Assembly: GCA_051294375.1 (NCBI GenBank)
Contig: CM119265.1
Coordinates: 24,409,861 to 24,473,860, forward strand
Direction: 5' to 3'
DNA from: Paraspadella gotoi
Lineage: Eukaryota > Animalia > Chaetognatha
Length of the DNA stretch: 64,000 nucleotides
How positions within the stretch are numbered: the first letter of the stretch is position 1; every line of letters begins with the position of its first letter. Positions 13,208 through 24,193 of this stretch are shown one piece after another. Position numbers and translations under genes: made by a program. A model generated the notes under the pieces. That model ran no database searches. It was given only the letters and a program-made list of their open reading frames with translations, and had not been told where the DNA came from.

Positions 13208-13377
13208 CAAGTATTTTGGAAAGCCATAACAGGACAAGTTTTCACAGCACGCTAAACTATCACCTAATACGCATAATTGCATATTGTCATAAGGCATCCT
13301 GATAGAAGCCCTATTGTGCCACGTATCAACCGAAAAAAGCCCTTTGGTGAAACCATTTTAATTTTAAAAAATCCTTT

Positions 13378-13435
<58 letters not shown>

Positions 13436-13559
13436 TTCTCTCCTCTCTCTCTCTCTCTCTCTCTTCTCCTCTCTCTCTCTCTCTCTCTCTCCCGAATCAT
13501 CAGGCCTAAAAACAGGCCTTTTTCTTCTTCACCTCACCAGGTGATCCCCTCCACCGCAG

Positions 13560-13990
13560 CGCCATTTTCCCGTCCCGTTGTCGAGCGGAACAAAGCGCCG
13601 TCTCGTCGTCTCCATAAACCGGAAGTCAATGACTCGAAATGGAACCGATGGAACCGCGGATTTCACTAGTCGACGTTGAATGTGATTGGGAAACGGCGTG
13701 GGCGGAACGACAAAATCTCCGATCTCGGGACGACATGGCGCGTTACTTTGGCTCTCTGGCAGGGGAGCATTCCCTCGCCCACCTTGTGACGTCGCTCGCA
13801 TCGTTTTGCCAAACAAACTTTTCTGCAACTGTTCGCGTGCGGGGCCGACGCGGGATGGCCTTAAGCCATGTATTGTCTCGAAAAACTTTTCGTCTCCAAG
13901 CCTCAGGGACGAAAGTTCGCGCGGGGGCCGTTTGAGATGTAACATTACTCGTTGTCTCTTTCCCACTTTGACCTTACGGAAGTTGAAGGC
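13560..13990 (-). pseudogene. Gypsy integrase N-terminus (HHCC zinc finger and start of core), frameshifted and truncated
   Basis: FETIHGL..PG, IGDFVVP..RF.HIQ.DLV-like fragments. Similarity stops shortly after the first catalytic Asp region. Confidence 0.75.
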
Positions 13991-14239
13991 CGCGGTGGAG
14001 GCACTTTGGAGGGTGACGGAAATTCGCCGGTCCAGAGGTTGTTGCTCCGCTCATTTCCTGCAGGTCGATTCCCTATGTTCGATCCTGGGCAACGACCATC
14101 GAGGTTGTTCGGGCCTTTTGGTCATCGAGGGGTTGTCGACCACAGAATTTGTCGGCGCCGGAAGCTGGTTTGGACGTCGGCGACCACATTTGCCTTTCCC
14201 CTCCACATGACGGATGTCGGTAGTTATTCTTTGCGCGAT

Positions 14240-14620
14240 TACTGACAGTTAAAGGTTTCTCGACGCCTGTTTTGCTGGATCGCTTTTTTTGGGAGGGCTA
14301 TTGAATGAGGCTCATTGTGGTCCGATGTAGAGGACAAAGGTACGACCTTCGAGGCATGGGCGGAAAATGGCGGACTGCACGGAAAGGCGCCCCGCCATAG
14401 AGCTCCTATCAAATGGTGGCCACTTTTCTCTGTGAGTCGTTGAGCTTGGCTGAAAGAAGGCCAGAGGTGTCCCAACCCTGCTTGACCTCGCTTCTAGTAC
14501 AGCACCGACGGACGTGGTCAATTGCATCGTCGTAAGAGAGGAGCGCCTGTGGATTGGATGCGGAGTAGACGGTTGCTAGGGCCTCCTTTACTGCTTCAAC
14601 CCGCCTTGGCATGCTGGCGT
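14240..14620 (-). pseudogene. Gypsy RNase H (with RT connection), frameshifted
   Basis: VKEALAT, VGAVLE, PLAFF, KLNDSQRK, FDR, LEGRTFVLY fragments. Confidence 0.85.
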
Positions 14621-14699
14621 TCCATTTGAGGCGCTTTGGTTCCCCTTTGTACGGGCATCATAAGAGAGGGGCAGCATGGTGCGCCCACTCGAGGATAAA

Positions 14700-15390
14700 T
14701 CGGCGGTAATATTACCATGCCGAGAAATCGTTGGAGTTTCCTCACTGTCGTTGGAGGCGTGGTCTGCCTGAGCGCGTCGACTCGCTTGCGGTAGTGGCCT
14801 GACGCAGAGGCCGTCGACGTAATAATAGCAAGGAACTCGAGGGACTCTTTTCCTAACAGGCACTTCTTTCCTGTTGACCACAAGGCCATTGTCGGAAAGG
14901 GCGCGGAAAACGTCTTCCAGATCCTGTGAGGTGTGTTCTTCGCCGTCTCACTGGCGCGAGAATTATCATCGAGATATACGTAGACGCGAAGGGAGATCTC
15001 CCAGCGATCTCATCCTTAAACGCTGGAAATCCTGGCTGCGTTCTTGAGTCCCAATGGCGTCCTGAGGAAGACATAAAGGCCGAAAGGGGTAATGGACGGC
15101 CGTCTTGGGCACGTCCTCAGTCGCAAACGGGTATCTGGATGATAACCCTTCAACAGGTCTAATTTTGGAAAAATCTTTTTCCCGGCAGTTCGGCGTTAAG
15201 TCGGCGAGTGGGAGCTTCTACCGTGGATATCTGTCGGGAATGTTTGAGCGTTCAACTGGCGGTAGTTCGCCGCAAACTCTCCAGTTCCCATCTCTTTTGG
15301 GGACGCGTGCAAGGAGAGGACCAGAGGGCTTTTTGCCCTGACTGCTACGCCCAGTTCGACCATCCGGTCCAATTCTGCTTTCGCCACGCG
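14700..15390 (-). pseudogene. Gypsy reverse transcriptase, frameshifted
   Basis: AKAELDRMVELGV, NYRQLNAQT, FSKI, VPKTA, a YxDD region (~14960-14980), KCLLGKESLEFL, KLQRFLGM. Confidence 0.9.
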
Positions 15391-15649
15391 CTAATTTTTT
15401 CAGGCGATAGTCGGACGAGCCCTTGCGCTTGGCTAATGGGGCCCCTGCGTTAGGGATTGTAATTGTCGTACGCGATAGCTTGCGGCTCCTTGATTTTCAA
15501 ATGTCGGGTCATAGAGACGGAGAAGTTGTCGAGGAGTTGGTAAATTTGTCGCCGAACGTCGGATCAACGAAATTTACGGTGGCTGGAGGATGACCAGCGG
15601 TTCTTGAGCAAGCAATTGTCGAGAAATCCTTCAGATCAAGCAGAATCCC

Positions 15650-15990
15650 CTCACGGGTGTTGGCGCAAGGAAAAATTCTGCCTCAGGGAAATCTTGCTCC
15701 CAAGATGCTCTGGGTAAACTCTCAGCGACCCAGGAGACTTCGAAAGGAAAACGGCGCGCCACCCAAGGTGATGTTTCGTTTCTATTGGTGCCATAGATGG
15801 AATTGCGGTGCGATTTAGCGGCTTTGCAATTGTGGATTTTTTTTTTTTTTATGGGCCCAAGGTTCCAGGCGCGTTGTTCAGCCGTAGGTGGGAATTAAAG
15901 AAAACCATTGGCGCCGCCATCAACCAACCAAGGCTCTTCCGTCTGTGGCGTCGACAACGTTGCAATAGGTAAGATTTTGTCGGTGAAGTT
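15650..15990 (-). pseudogene. Retroviral-type aspartic protease remnant
   Basis: WLVDGGA on the minus strand at ~15910-15930, between gag and RT. Confidence 0.6.
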
Positions 15991-16013
15991 TTTGAAACGG
16001 CGAGGGACGGCGT

Positions 16014-17230
16014 TCACCTGCCGCCGGCTCGCCTCGCCGATTTTCCCGCCTTGGTCGGCGCTTTTCCTTCGTTAGCGGGCGCAGCCACGCTCGCAATCGT
16101 GGTAAAAGCTTTGTCGCCGAATTTCAAATTGAAAATGACAAAATCGTCTTCAACCTTCCATTGGCGTTGGCCCGCCTGTTTATTTGGGCGGCGCTGTTGG
16201 CCACGCCGGCAGCGCCCCATGCGGCGTCCCTGCCTGTTGGAGGTTTGGCGCGATGCTCATTGGACGTTTGTTTCACAGCATTGGACTGTTTGCCATCTTT
16301 CCTCTCGCTCGAGAGATCTTCAGCGGCATCGTCGACGATCAGGACGTTGTTGAACTGGCGGCCGCCCTTCTTTATTAGCGGTTGAGCCAGGTTTGGTTCG
16401 AAATGTTGTCGGCGGCAGTCGGCGATTTGAGGCCGCGGTTTGACAGACTCCGCTATTTGTCGATTCAGGGTTAGCGCGGATATCGGGGGGCAGGCCAGCG
16501 GGGAGGACCAGTTCCTTTCCTCAGATCGTCTGGAGCAAACTGTCGCGGTTTGTCGACGATTCGCGCCAAGTGCCTGCAGAGGGTTTCAGATCGTCACGGT
16601 ACCGATTTTTCCATTCGAGAAAAACCTCCGCTGCGGCGTTTTAGTGGGGCCGTATTCGCGTCGGAGAAAAAACAAGAAGGGCGGTCCAAGCTGATCGGCC
16701 GGTTCTTGGCGCTGCCAAAAAAAGGAATGACGTTGATTGCATCGCCCGGATCCGTGTCGCACGGATTGTTTGCTATCAAGAAAAGCGACATTTGTCTTTT
16801 GGTCGAGAATGCGCGCGCCGATGCTAGGCCCGATTCGACTCGTCGGATCCATTATTTTTCTGACGTTATCTTTGTCGGAAACGGGAAAGCTCTGGCTTCC
16901 GGAGGCTCTCCGACCGTGCAAGGGCGTCCTGCCGCGCTCGTGTCGCCGCCCATGGCGGCGTTCGAGCGCCGCGCGTAGGGCGTCCATCTTCAGCCTGGGA
17001 ACGGCTTGGGGGGCCTCTTGCCATTGCTGGATATGGCGTCCGTTGTTCGCCGGTGGATATACAAAGGACACTGCGGCGTTGCTTGGCGCTGTGCTGGGGC
17101 GCCGCGGTTTCCTCTTCGGCCGTAAGTGGGACGATTGGGGTGAGGCTTCTACGATTGCTAGGTCTGCCTCGAGGCGATTAAGATGGGCCGAGGAGCGAGT
17201 GATGGCCCCGCGTTGCCTCTTGACTTTCAT
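16014..17230 (-). pseudogene. Gag remnant with CsRn1-type CHCC motif
   Basis: A 214-aa ORF (17230-16586) starts just after the PBS. The LKFGDKAF motif lies at ~16105-16130. Confidence 0.65.
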
Positions 17231-17343
17231 TTGAATCTTGTTCTTAGGTCGGTCACTTCCCGGTGGCTAGCAGGCGCGTATCTAATGTTGACTCTTGAAG
17301 GTTGGCAGGCGCCTCACTAATCAGGGAGGCGCTATTTTCGATT

Positions 17344-17358
17344 GTCGGGATTTCACCA
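17344..17358 (-). promoter_or_regulatory. Primer-binding site, tRNA-Trp-like
   Basis: Minus strand ...CCCACA-T-TGGTGAAATCCCGAC resembles TGGTGACCCCGAC, the complement of the tRNA-Trp 3' end, and directly follows an LTR-type CA end. Confidence 0.65.
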
Positions 17359-17359
17359 A

Positions 17360-17594
17360 TGTGGGCGAATTGACTTGAGGCATCAAAGATGGCGGAAGAG
17401 TTGCGCTTCAATTTTGCCACGTCAGTGGCGCTGCCAGATTGATGTTCCGTTTACTAATATCTTTATGCTATAATAAAATGTCCTCTTATGTTATAACAAG
17501 TTCTTATTTTCTTGGTAACTTAAAATAGTGACCTTAATAAAATAATTCAAAGCAATATAGCCATATTCACTGCTTTTACTATCAAGCAATTACA
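17360..17594 (-). repeat. Putative 5' LTR of the Gypsy element (outer boundary tentative)
   Basis: TG...CA bounded segment adjacent to the PBS; no second copy to confirm its length. Confidence 0.45.
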
Positions 17595-17869
17595 ATTTAA
17601 TCTATATGCCTACAGAACTAACTAAAAATTGGTAGAATAATTCAATAACATAATAATAAGACAATAAACTACATGGAACCAAATAGAAATTAACATTAGA
17701 GAGTCTTGTGAAGAAGTTAAAGAATTGACTTTGGTAAGTTACTGTTACAGTAAGCACAATACTACTACTAGTTTTCAACCTGTAGGAGTTGAATTAACAG
17801 TGTTCATTATGTTTTACTAGTATGCTAGAATCATAAGTAATAAGTTGGAATATCTATCATGTTAAGGAT

Positions 17870-17946
17870 GCCGCTGTGGCGACATTTGGTAGATGCTAAA
17901 AGAGCGACGCAAACAATTCGGCGGATTCGAATCCCGATTGGAAACT
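17870..17946 (+). pseudogene. tRNA-derived pseudogene/SINE-like relic
   Basis: A-box-like TGGCGACATTTGG, B-box-like GATTCGAATCC, then a T-run; no clean cloverleaf. Confidence 0.4.
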
Positions 17947-18307
17947 CTTTTTATTTATTTATGATTAGAGATTGAAGAAAGAGAGGTTGAAACCTACAGT
18001 TTAATTTGTTTTTTTCCTTTTTCTATATTTTTCCTTTGTTTGTATATGNNNNNNNNNNNNNNNNNNNNNNNNNGTTTGTTATTTAAATTTTTCTATATTA
18101 ATTTCTTTTTATCCTTTGGTTTTTTTCTTCTATTAGGACAATAGTAGAAAAAGGCGAAGACGAAAAGGCAAGACAATATAATATATAAGGATTACGAATG
18201 GATGAGTAGTTTGTAAAGAGCGAAAACTGAAATGTTAAGAAGGAAATTTAATTATAAATAGTAAAGAAGGAATTGCTAAGAGTAACTATGAAACAAGGAC
18301 TTCTTAG

Positions 18308-18485
18308 CAGTGAATTGTAAGGTGTGAATTGTGAAGAGTTAATTGTTAGGAGTGAATAGTGAAGAGTGAATAGTAAGCATTGACTTCTTAAAAGTGAATG
18401 TTAAGAGATAATAGCGAATTGTTAACATTAAATTGTAAAGAGTGAATTGTTAAGAATGAATTGTAGAGAGTGAATTACTAAGAGA
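18308..18485. repeat. ~14-bp tandem repeat (agagtgaattgtta), degenerate
   Basis: Repeated gagtgaat(t/a)gt units. Confidence 0.7.
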
Positions 18486-18935
18486 GGCGCTCAACATCAT
18501 TGGCGCCGAGTGCTTCGAGTTGGCAGGAGTCAGTCCCTCTCCCCAGAGAAAGGAGGAGTCTTCGTTTGTGGGTGAGAATTCAGCTGAGAGTGAGAGAGAA
18601 AGAGGGGGAGAGAATAGAGACGGAGAAGGAAATAGAGGGGGAGAGAAAAGAGAGGGAGAAGGAAATAGAGAGAGAGAGAAAAAGAGGGGGAGAGAAAAGC
18701 GAGGGGGAAAGAATAAAAATAGAGAGAGGTAAATAGAGGGGACAGAATAGTAAGGGAGGATATCAAACAGTAACGAGGACTTAAAAAAAAGGGACGACTT
18801 AAGACGGTGAGTGCCAAAAAAAAAAAATTAATAATATTAATAATAATATTAATATAATAAAGTAATAAATAAAATGACGACCATAAGATAATAAAAGCAG
18901 ATCTAATGATATATTGAAAACCAACAAAAAAAGAG

Positions 18936-19017
18936 TGGCAGCGGTGGGATTCGAACCCACGCCTCCGAAGAGACTGGTGCCTTAAACCAGCGCCTTAGAC
19001 CGCTCGGCCACGCTACC
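18936..19017 (-). tRNA. tRNA-Leu(AAG): tRNA-Leu(AAG)
   Basis: GGTAGCGTGGCCGAGCGGTCTAAGGCGCTGGTTTAAGGCACCAGTCTCTTCGGAGGCGTGGGTTCGAATCCCACCGCTGCCA: 82 nt, long variable arm, intact cloverleaf. Confidence 0.97.
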
Positions 19018-19050
19018 TGCTGGCGTTAAGAGCGAAAAGGAGAGGAGTGT

Positions 19051-19124
19051 CTGCAACGAAACAATCGTAAGATTGCGACATTTCCTGAATTCTTGGATAC
19101 ACGCTTCCACTGCGCCACGCTGCT
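19051..19124 (-). pseudogene. tRNA-iMet-like sequence with intact 5' part and divergent anticodon/T arms
   Basis: Starts AGCAGCGTGGCGCAGTGGAAGCGTG (metazoan initiator-tRNA 5' end). The 3' CGTTGC can close the acceptor stem at tRNA distance. No CAT anticodon and no B-box. Confidence 0.55.
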
Positions 19125-19439
19125 CTATCGGTTACTATAGTTGAGAATAAAATCAAGCCTGATTGGGATTTAGAAATTCATTTTAGAAATCAAATTTCAG
19201 AAATTAAATCATACAAGGTCAATATTTCCTCCGCCCCGCCCCCCTTTAAAAAAAAACCTTCGAAAAAAAACCATTCGAAAACATCGAGAAAGAAACAAAG
19301 ACTGTGATTGGACAAAAAAAAATCGATCTCGATATCAATGATGACGAAAGCGACGACCATGACAACGACGACAGCTGCTTGAATTTGATACTCACTCAAA
19401 AAGTTACGTATCTCATTAGTAACATTTACATTTCGCCTA

Positions 19440-19512
19440 GCCCGGTTAGCTCAGTCGGTAGAGCATCAGACTTTTAATCTGAGGGTCAAGGGTTCAAGTC
19501 CCTTATTGGGCG
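19440..19512 (+). tRNA. tRNA-Lys(TTT): tRNA-Lys(TTT)
   Basis: GCCCGGTTAGCTCAGTCGGTAGAGCATCAGACTTTTAATCTGAGGGTCAAGGGTTCAAGTCCCTTATTGGGCG: 73 nt, followed by an oligo-T Pol III terminator. Confidence 0.93.
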
Positions 19513-19737
19513 GCTTTTTTTACAATTCACAATAAAGACTACCTTTCTTTGTTATATTGATTATGAATTATGATAAACAAGGTTAAAATCAAAATGGTAA
19601 AAAAAATGTCTTTTTATGACAGTTTTGTCTTTATTGTTACATTTATTACTTAATTTTCTACTTTCTGGCCTAACAAAATAGCGGACGTCAAAAGAAAATT
19701 TAAATAAAAAGTTCCCTATGACTGAGAAGAATGTCTA

Positions 19738-19811
19738 GGCCGGTTAGCTCAGCTGGTTAGAGCGTGGTGCTAATAACGCCAAGGTCGAGGGTTCGATCCC
19801 CTCACTGGCCA
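19738..19811 (+). tRNA. tRNA-Ile(AAT): tRNA-Ile(AAT)
   Basis: GGCCGGTTAGCTCAGCTGGTTAGAGCGTGGTGCTAATAACGCCAAGGTCGAGGGTTCGATCCCCTCACTGGCCA: 74 nt, intact cloverleaf, TTTT downstream. Confidence 0.96.
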
Positions 19812-19851
19812 AATCTTTTAAACTCTTTTCAGAATGAAGTAAGTAAACCGC

Positions 19852-19922
19852 AGTGATTCCGTTTAGTGGCAAGTAACCTACCCTCTCACTCGAGAGAAAG
19901 GAATTCGTTTTTCCGCGGGGAA
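19852..19922 (+). pseudogene. Decayed tRNA-Glu(CTC)-like relic
   Basis: GTTTAGTGG (A-box-like), a CTCTCAC anticodon loop, an ATTCG T-loop remnant and a GGGGAA end; stems are broken. Confidence 0.35.
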
Positions 19923-20449
19923 GACAACAACTTTATCCCTAAAAATAGATTTCTACTTTGACAACTAAGATATCAGTTTATGTCTAGTAGACATTGTAGA
20001 CATTGTCTACCGTCACATCATTCAAAAAAGTCACGAAGTTTCTGTGACAATTTTCTTTTCGATTTCATTAAGACTGACCCAAATTTATGAAATAATCAAC
20101 GATAGCAAAAATTTTTTCCAGATTTTTTGTCCATGAAGATATTTTTTTTTCTGAAATAAAGAAATAAACAATTAAACGCGTAAAACGATAAAAAAAAAGC
20201 ATTGAGCTAGACTAATAGTACTCAAAATTAAAAGATAATTTAATAAAATTTAACAATTAGGAATAAATCGAGGACTCTGCAAATGGGAAAAGTATTAACT
20301 ATGCCAATGAAAATCAGGAGTAAATATTATCATTATGGTAGTTGGACAGAAAACTTAACTTTTTTCTTAACATTTTCACTAGGCCGGGTTAGTTTTGAAT
20401 TTAAAAAAAAAATTATTGTAAGAACAAATACAATCACTTGGACCGCACA

Positions 20450-20525
20450 TGAGCCCCGACGTGATCGAACACGCAGCCTTCTGAACTGGAGTCAGACCGC
20501 CGCTACCATTGGGCGCCACTGGCTC
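20450..20525 (-). pseudogene. tRNA-Trp(CCA): tRNA-Trp(CCA) pseudogene or mis-sequenced tRNA-Trp
   Basis: Minus strand GAGCCAGTGGCGCCCAATGGTAGCGGCGGTCTGACTCCAGTTCAGAAGGCTGCGTGTTCGATCACGTCGGGGCTCA matches eukaryotic tRNA-Trp, with several small indels. Confidence 0.75.
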
Positions 20526-20938
20526 CCGACCAATTATTCTTTTTTTTTTTATTTTGTCGTTAATGTTTTCGTGAATTTTCATCTTGCTTTTCTATCTTTA
20601 TTTAAAAACAAAAACAATCAAGACTCTCTACAGTCTAGTTCTTCATTTTAACAAAATCTGGCTCCCTTATCAATGAAGTGTTTCAAAGAATGTAATTTTT
20701 AATTTTGTATGTACTAGACTAAGTGATATACTAAATAATAACTGTTCACGATGACTCCCGCGAACGAACCTGATTCAAAGGAGAAAAGTAAAACATCGGA
20801 TGAAAACGACGAGAGAAGATTTAAACACCTTCGCTCGCGGCCCATCTGAGTCCGTAGTCGCCAAGCAACGGGCCTTCGTCTGGTTTAATTCGAAATGCGT
20901 ACATTAAACAAAATTAGCCTCATCGGAAAGAGTGAATT

Positions 20939-20973
<35 letters not shown>

Positions 20974-22166
20974 NNNNNNNNNNNNNNNNNNNNNNNNNNN
21001 NNNNNNNNNNNNNNNNNNNNNNNNNNNNNNNNNNNNNNNNNNNNNNNNNNNNNNNNNNNNNNNNNNNNNNNNNNNNNNNNNNNNNNNNNNNNNNNNNNNN
21101 NNNNNNNNNNNNNNNNNNNNNNNNNNNNNNNNNNNNNNNNNNNNNNNNNNNNNNNNNNNNNNNNNNNNNNNNNNNNNNNNNNNNNNNNNNNNNNNNNNNN
21201 NNNNNNNNNNNNNNNNNNNNNNNNNNNNNNNNNNNNNNNNNNNNNNNNNNNNNNNNNNNNNNNNNNNNNNNNNNNNNNNNNNNTTTCATTATTTCGCTTT
21301 CGCCGCCCTTCGTCGTCGCCATCTTTCTTTTATAGCGTCTTCTTTCTCTCTTTCCCTTTTTTTATTTCCTTCGCCGATTTTTCTTTTCTTTTCTTTTTAT
21401 TTTCAAAAATTTTATTTTCCTCTTTTTTTTTTATTTCTCATTTTATTCCTTAACTTTATAACTTTATTCTTCCTTTTCCCTTTTCTTTTTTTGGGGGGGG
21501 GAGGAAGAGGAGGTGGATTTTTTTTTAAAACTTTTTCCGCTCAAGAATTTTCGCCGATTTTTTTTTTCCTTTCCTTACTTTCTCCTTTTTTTTTCTCTTC
21601 GTATTTTTCCTGGGTTCGGTTCCATTTTTTAAACCTTAAAATTCTTTCCTTCTTTCCTTTTTTTCTTTCCTTTTTTTTTCTATTTTTTTTTCCTCTAACT
21701 TTTTTGATTTCCCCTCTTCTTCCCTTCTTTAGACTTTTATTTGTTGTGCAGCTTTTTCCTTCCTTTTCTTTCCTCCATATTTTTGAATGAAAAAAGAGGC
21801 CAATAAAGTTCTGGTCCTCTACAAGAATCCCATACTCGCTCCATCCTCTCATCTGTCTACTCTCTCATCTCATCTCTCTGCTCATCTCTCTCTCTCTCTC
21901 TCTCTCTTTTTCACTTTTCTACTTAAATGCTTCTACTTGAAACTCAATTCCTTATTTAATTTTAGCTGCATTTTTTCAAGTGATTTAGATTTTGTACTAG
22001 TATAACGGTATACAGCAAAGATCCAACTAATATATCTTTTTTATAAATTTTTGAGAAATATTTATAAATATATATTTAACTCTAAAATGTATCTCTTAAA
22101 AACAGATTTTAGAGCTTTAATACGTAAACCCATCCACTCATTTTAGTGACATATTAATAATTATAT

Positions 22167-22425
22167 TGTGGCCAGCAAAGACTAGCTGCCTCACTGCTGT
22201 CCGTCACGCCTCGTCTCAAGGCCTGAGCACGAAGCGAAAATCATCTCATTCCAAATCCCGTGCGTCCCGGTTCAAATCCCCGGGTATCCCGTTCTGGCTT
22301 AAATGTGACGGTGCCGTATAAACATGCCAGTGACAGGAGGCGGTCACTGAGGTCCGCAGCCCCTAGAACGCCCAGTTGGTGAGATACCCCGCGACCCCGG
22401 GTATCCAACAGGCTACCTCCTTGCC
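22167..22425 (+). mobile_element. ~259-bp structured non-coding insertion carrying a twister ribozyme (element 2)
   Basis: GC-rich island in an AT-rich (ATATT)n site, absent from copy B (~29575-29660). Starts TGTGGC..GCCTCAC and ends TTGCC like element 1. Possible TSD aattatat/aattaatat. Confidence 0.8.
22290..22375 (+). ncRNA. Twister ribozyme, P5-type circular permutation (predicted)
   Basis: CGUUCUGGC(P5)-UUAA-AUGU(P2')-GA-CGG(T1)-UGCCGUA(short P1)-U^AA-ACAU(P2)-GC-CAGUGAC/GUCACUG(P3)-AGG(P4)-UCCGCAGC(L4)-CCCU-AGAACGCCCAG(P5). Predicted cleavage between 22319 and 22320. One L4 A appears as C. Confidence 0.72.
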
Positions 22426-22799
22426 AATTAATATTATATTATAATTCTTATAAACCCAATCTTATCTCAAATTGTTCTACATTCCTACTACATCCTCCAT
22501 CCATAATTTGTTCCAAACTTCATATCTCACCTCAACCAAAACGATTTCCTCACCCCACCTTGACTCCCTAAATCCGCTTCAATATCCCTTTCTCATCTTC
22601 GAGAATAAGTTTTTCGCCTCAACCATCCTTTGCAACCCACCTGTTTCGTCGCCATCTCGCTCACAATAAAACTGATTCTGTCCCAAACATCTCCCCTACC
22701 CTTCCCAAATTATACACACTTAACCTTCACTTTTCTTCTCTCGTTTTCCCAAATCCAATTTTTCGCTTCGCCAGTAATTTTTTCTTTTCTCTTTCTCCA

Positions 22800-23260
22800 A
22801 TCCTTTCCCGATCGGGTTCTTTTCTTTCTTGTCCTTTTCAACCCATTCCCGACAGCTTTAGTGTCTTTGCTCATTTCCGATCAGACTTCCGTGTATTTTC
22901 ACCATTATCCGATCAGCTTCTTGTGTCTTTTCACGCATTTTCTCGATCAGCTCCGTGTCTTTTTAAACCAATTTCCTGATCGGCTTTGTATCTTTCACCA
23001 CTTTCTTTATCAACACCCTTCTGTTTTTTAATCATTTCCTAAACTGGTTTCGTGTCTTCTCACCATTTTCCGATCGTGCTTTCAAATTCTTTTACAATTT
23101 CTCCGATTGGGCTTGTGTCTGTATTCCCTAAATGGCCTCATGTCTTCTCACCAATTTCCGATCGGCTTCTGCTTAATTTTCCGATTAGCCTTTGTGCCTT
23201 CTCACCATTTCCGATCGGCTATCCGTCCCTTTCCAACCATTTCCCGATCGGCTTCTGTCC
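22800..23260. repeat. 30-bp minisatellite (tttcaccatttcccgatcagcttccgtgtc); second array 30000-30445
   Basis: About 14 degenerate units; explains the FPIG/FPDR repeat ORFs. Confidence 0.85.
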
Positions 23261-24161
23261 CTTCCTCCCTATTCACTTTCCAATCTCATTCAATGTCTTT
23301 CTTTTAATTCCTCCGCCTTTTCTAAACAGACCCCACCTTTGGGCGCCCAACGATATCCTTTCTTTCTTTCTCTGTCTCCACCTCTTAGCGAACGTGGAAA
23401 AAACACCATATCGTACTACCATTTTATTACAGTTACCGGATTGAAAAACAAGAGTCTGAATTAAAAAAGCTTGAAGGACCATGCTATGTTAAATCTTGTG
23501 ATGTATTTGTTTTACATCACCAAAGCCTGTCCCAAAATCAGGGACAAGATAGTTATTTATTATATGAAATGAAATAAATTCTTATATTGGGTAGTACTAA
23601 TTTCATACTAGCAAGATTTTTCAAAACCCTAGATATTACATATAAACCTAACTATTTGAGTCGTTCACGCCTTTAATAACATAAATGTATTTGGTATACT
23701 ACTCTTTCCATCTAATTTTTTTCCCAACACCCAAAAAATTAACTCCATCTAACTTAACCTTGTGAATTATTAACGTCCTCTTTGCCTTTCCCTTTTTTCC
23801 CCTACTTTCAGTCCAACAGAAGACTATACCTCTGCTCAAATGGTTTTTTCCTTTGATCTTCGTCTTCTGAACTCTCGTCCCGGCCGAGCAAGACAACTTC
23901 CCCGCCCCCCTTGACTACCCGCCATCAGGCCCCACCCCACCACTTAACCGCCACCCCGGCCAACACACTCCTCAACTCCCCTAAGCCACCCTTTAACCAC
24001 CCCATGGAATTCTTCTCCAGTCCTCATCGAGTTTCACGTCTCTCCTGACTTAAATTGCGTCGAATCGCGGGATACTCTCGCACGCGCCTAGTGATCTGAG
24101 GTGAGACAAGAGTGGGGGAGAGAGAGAAGAGAAGAGAGAGAGAGAGAGAGAGAGAAGAAGA

Positions 24162-24193
<32 letters not shown>

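Larger units (their letters stand above)
13540..17594 (-). mobile_element. Degenerate Ty3/Gypsy LTR retrotransposon, CsRn1 clade, 3'-truncated
   Basis: Minus-strand order is LTR, PBS, gag, PR, RT, RH, IN. It has a CHCC-type Gag knuckle (..LKFGDKAF..C..C) and a Trp-like PBS. Many frameshifts; no matching 3' LTR seen. Confidence 0.9.
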
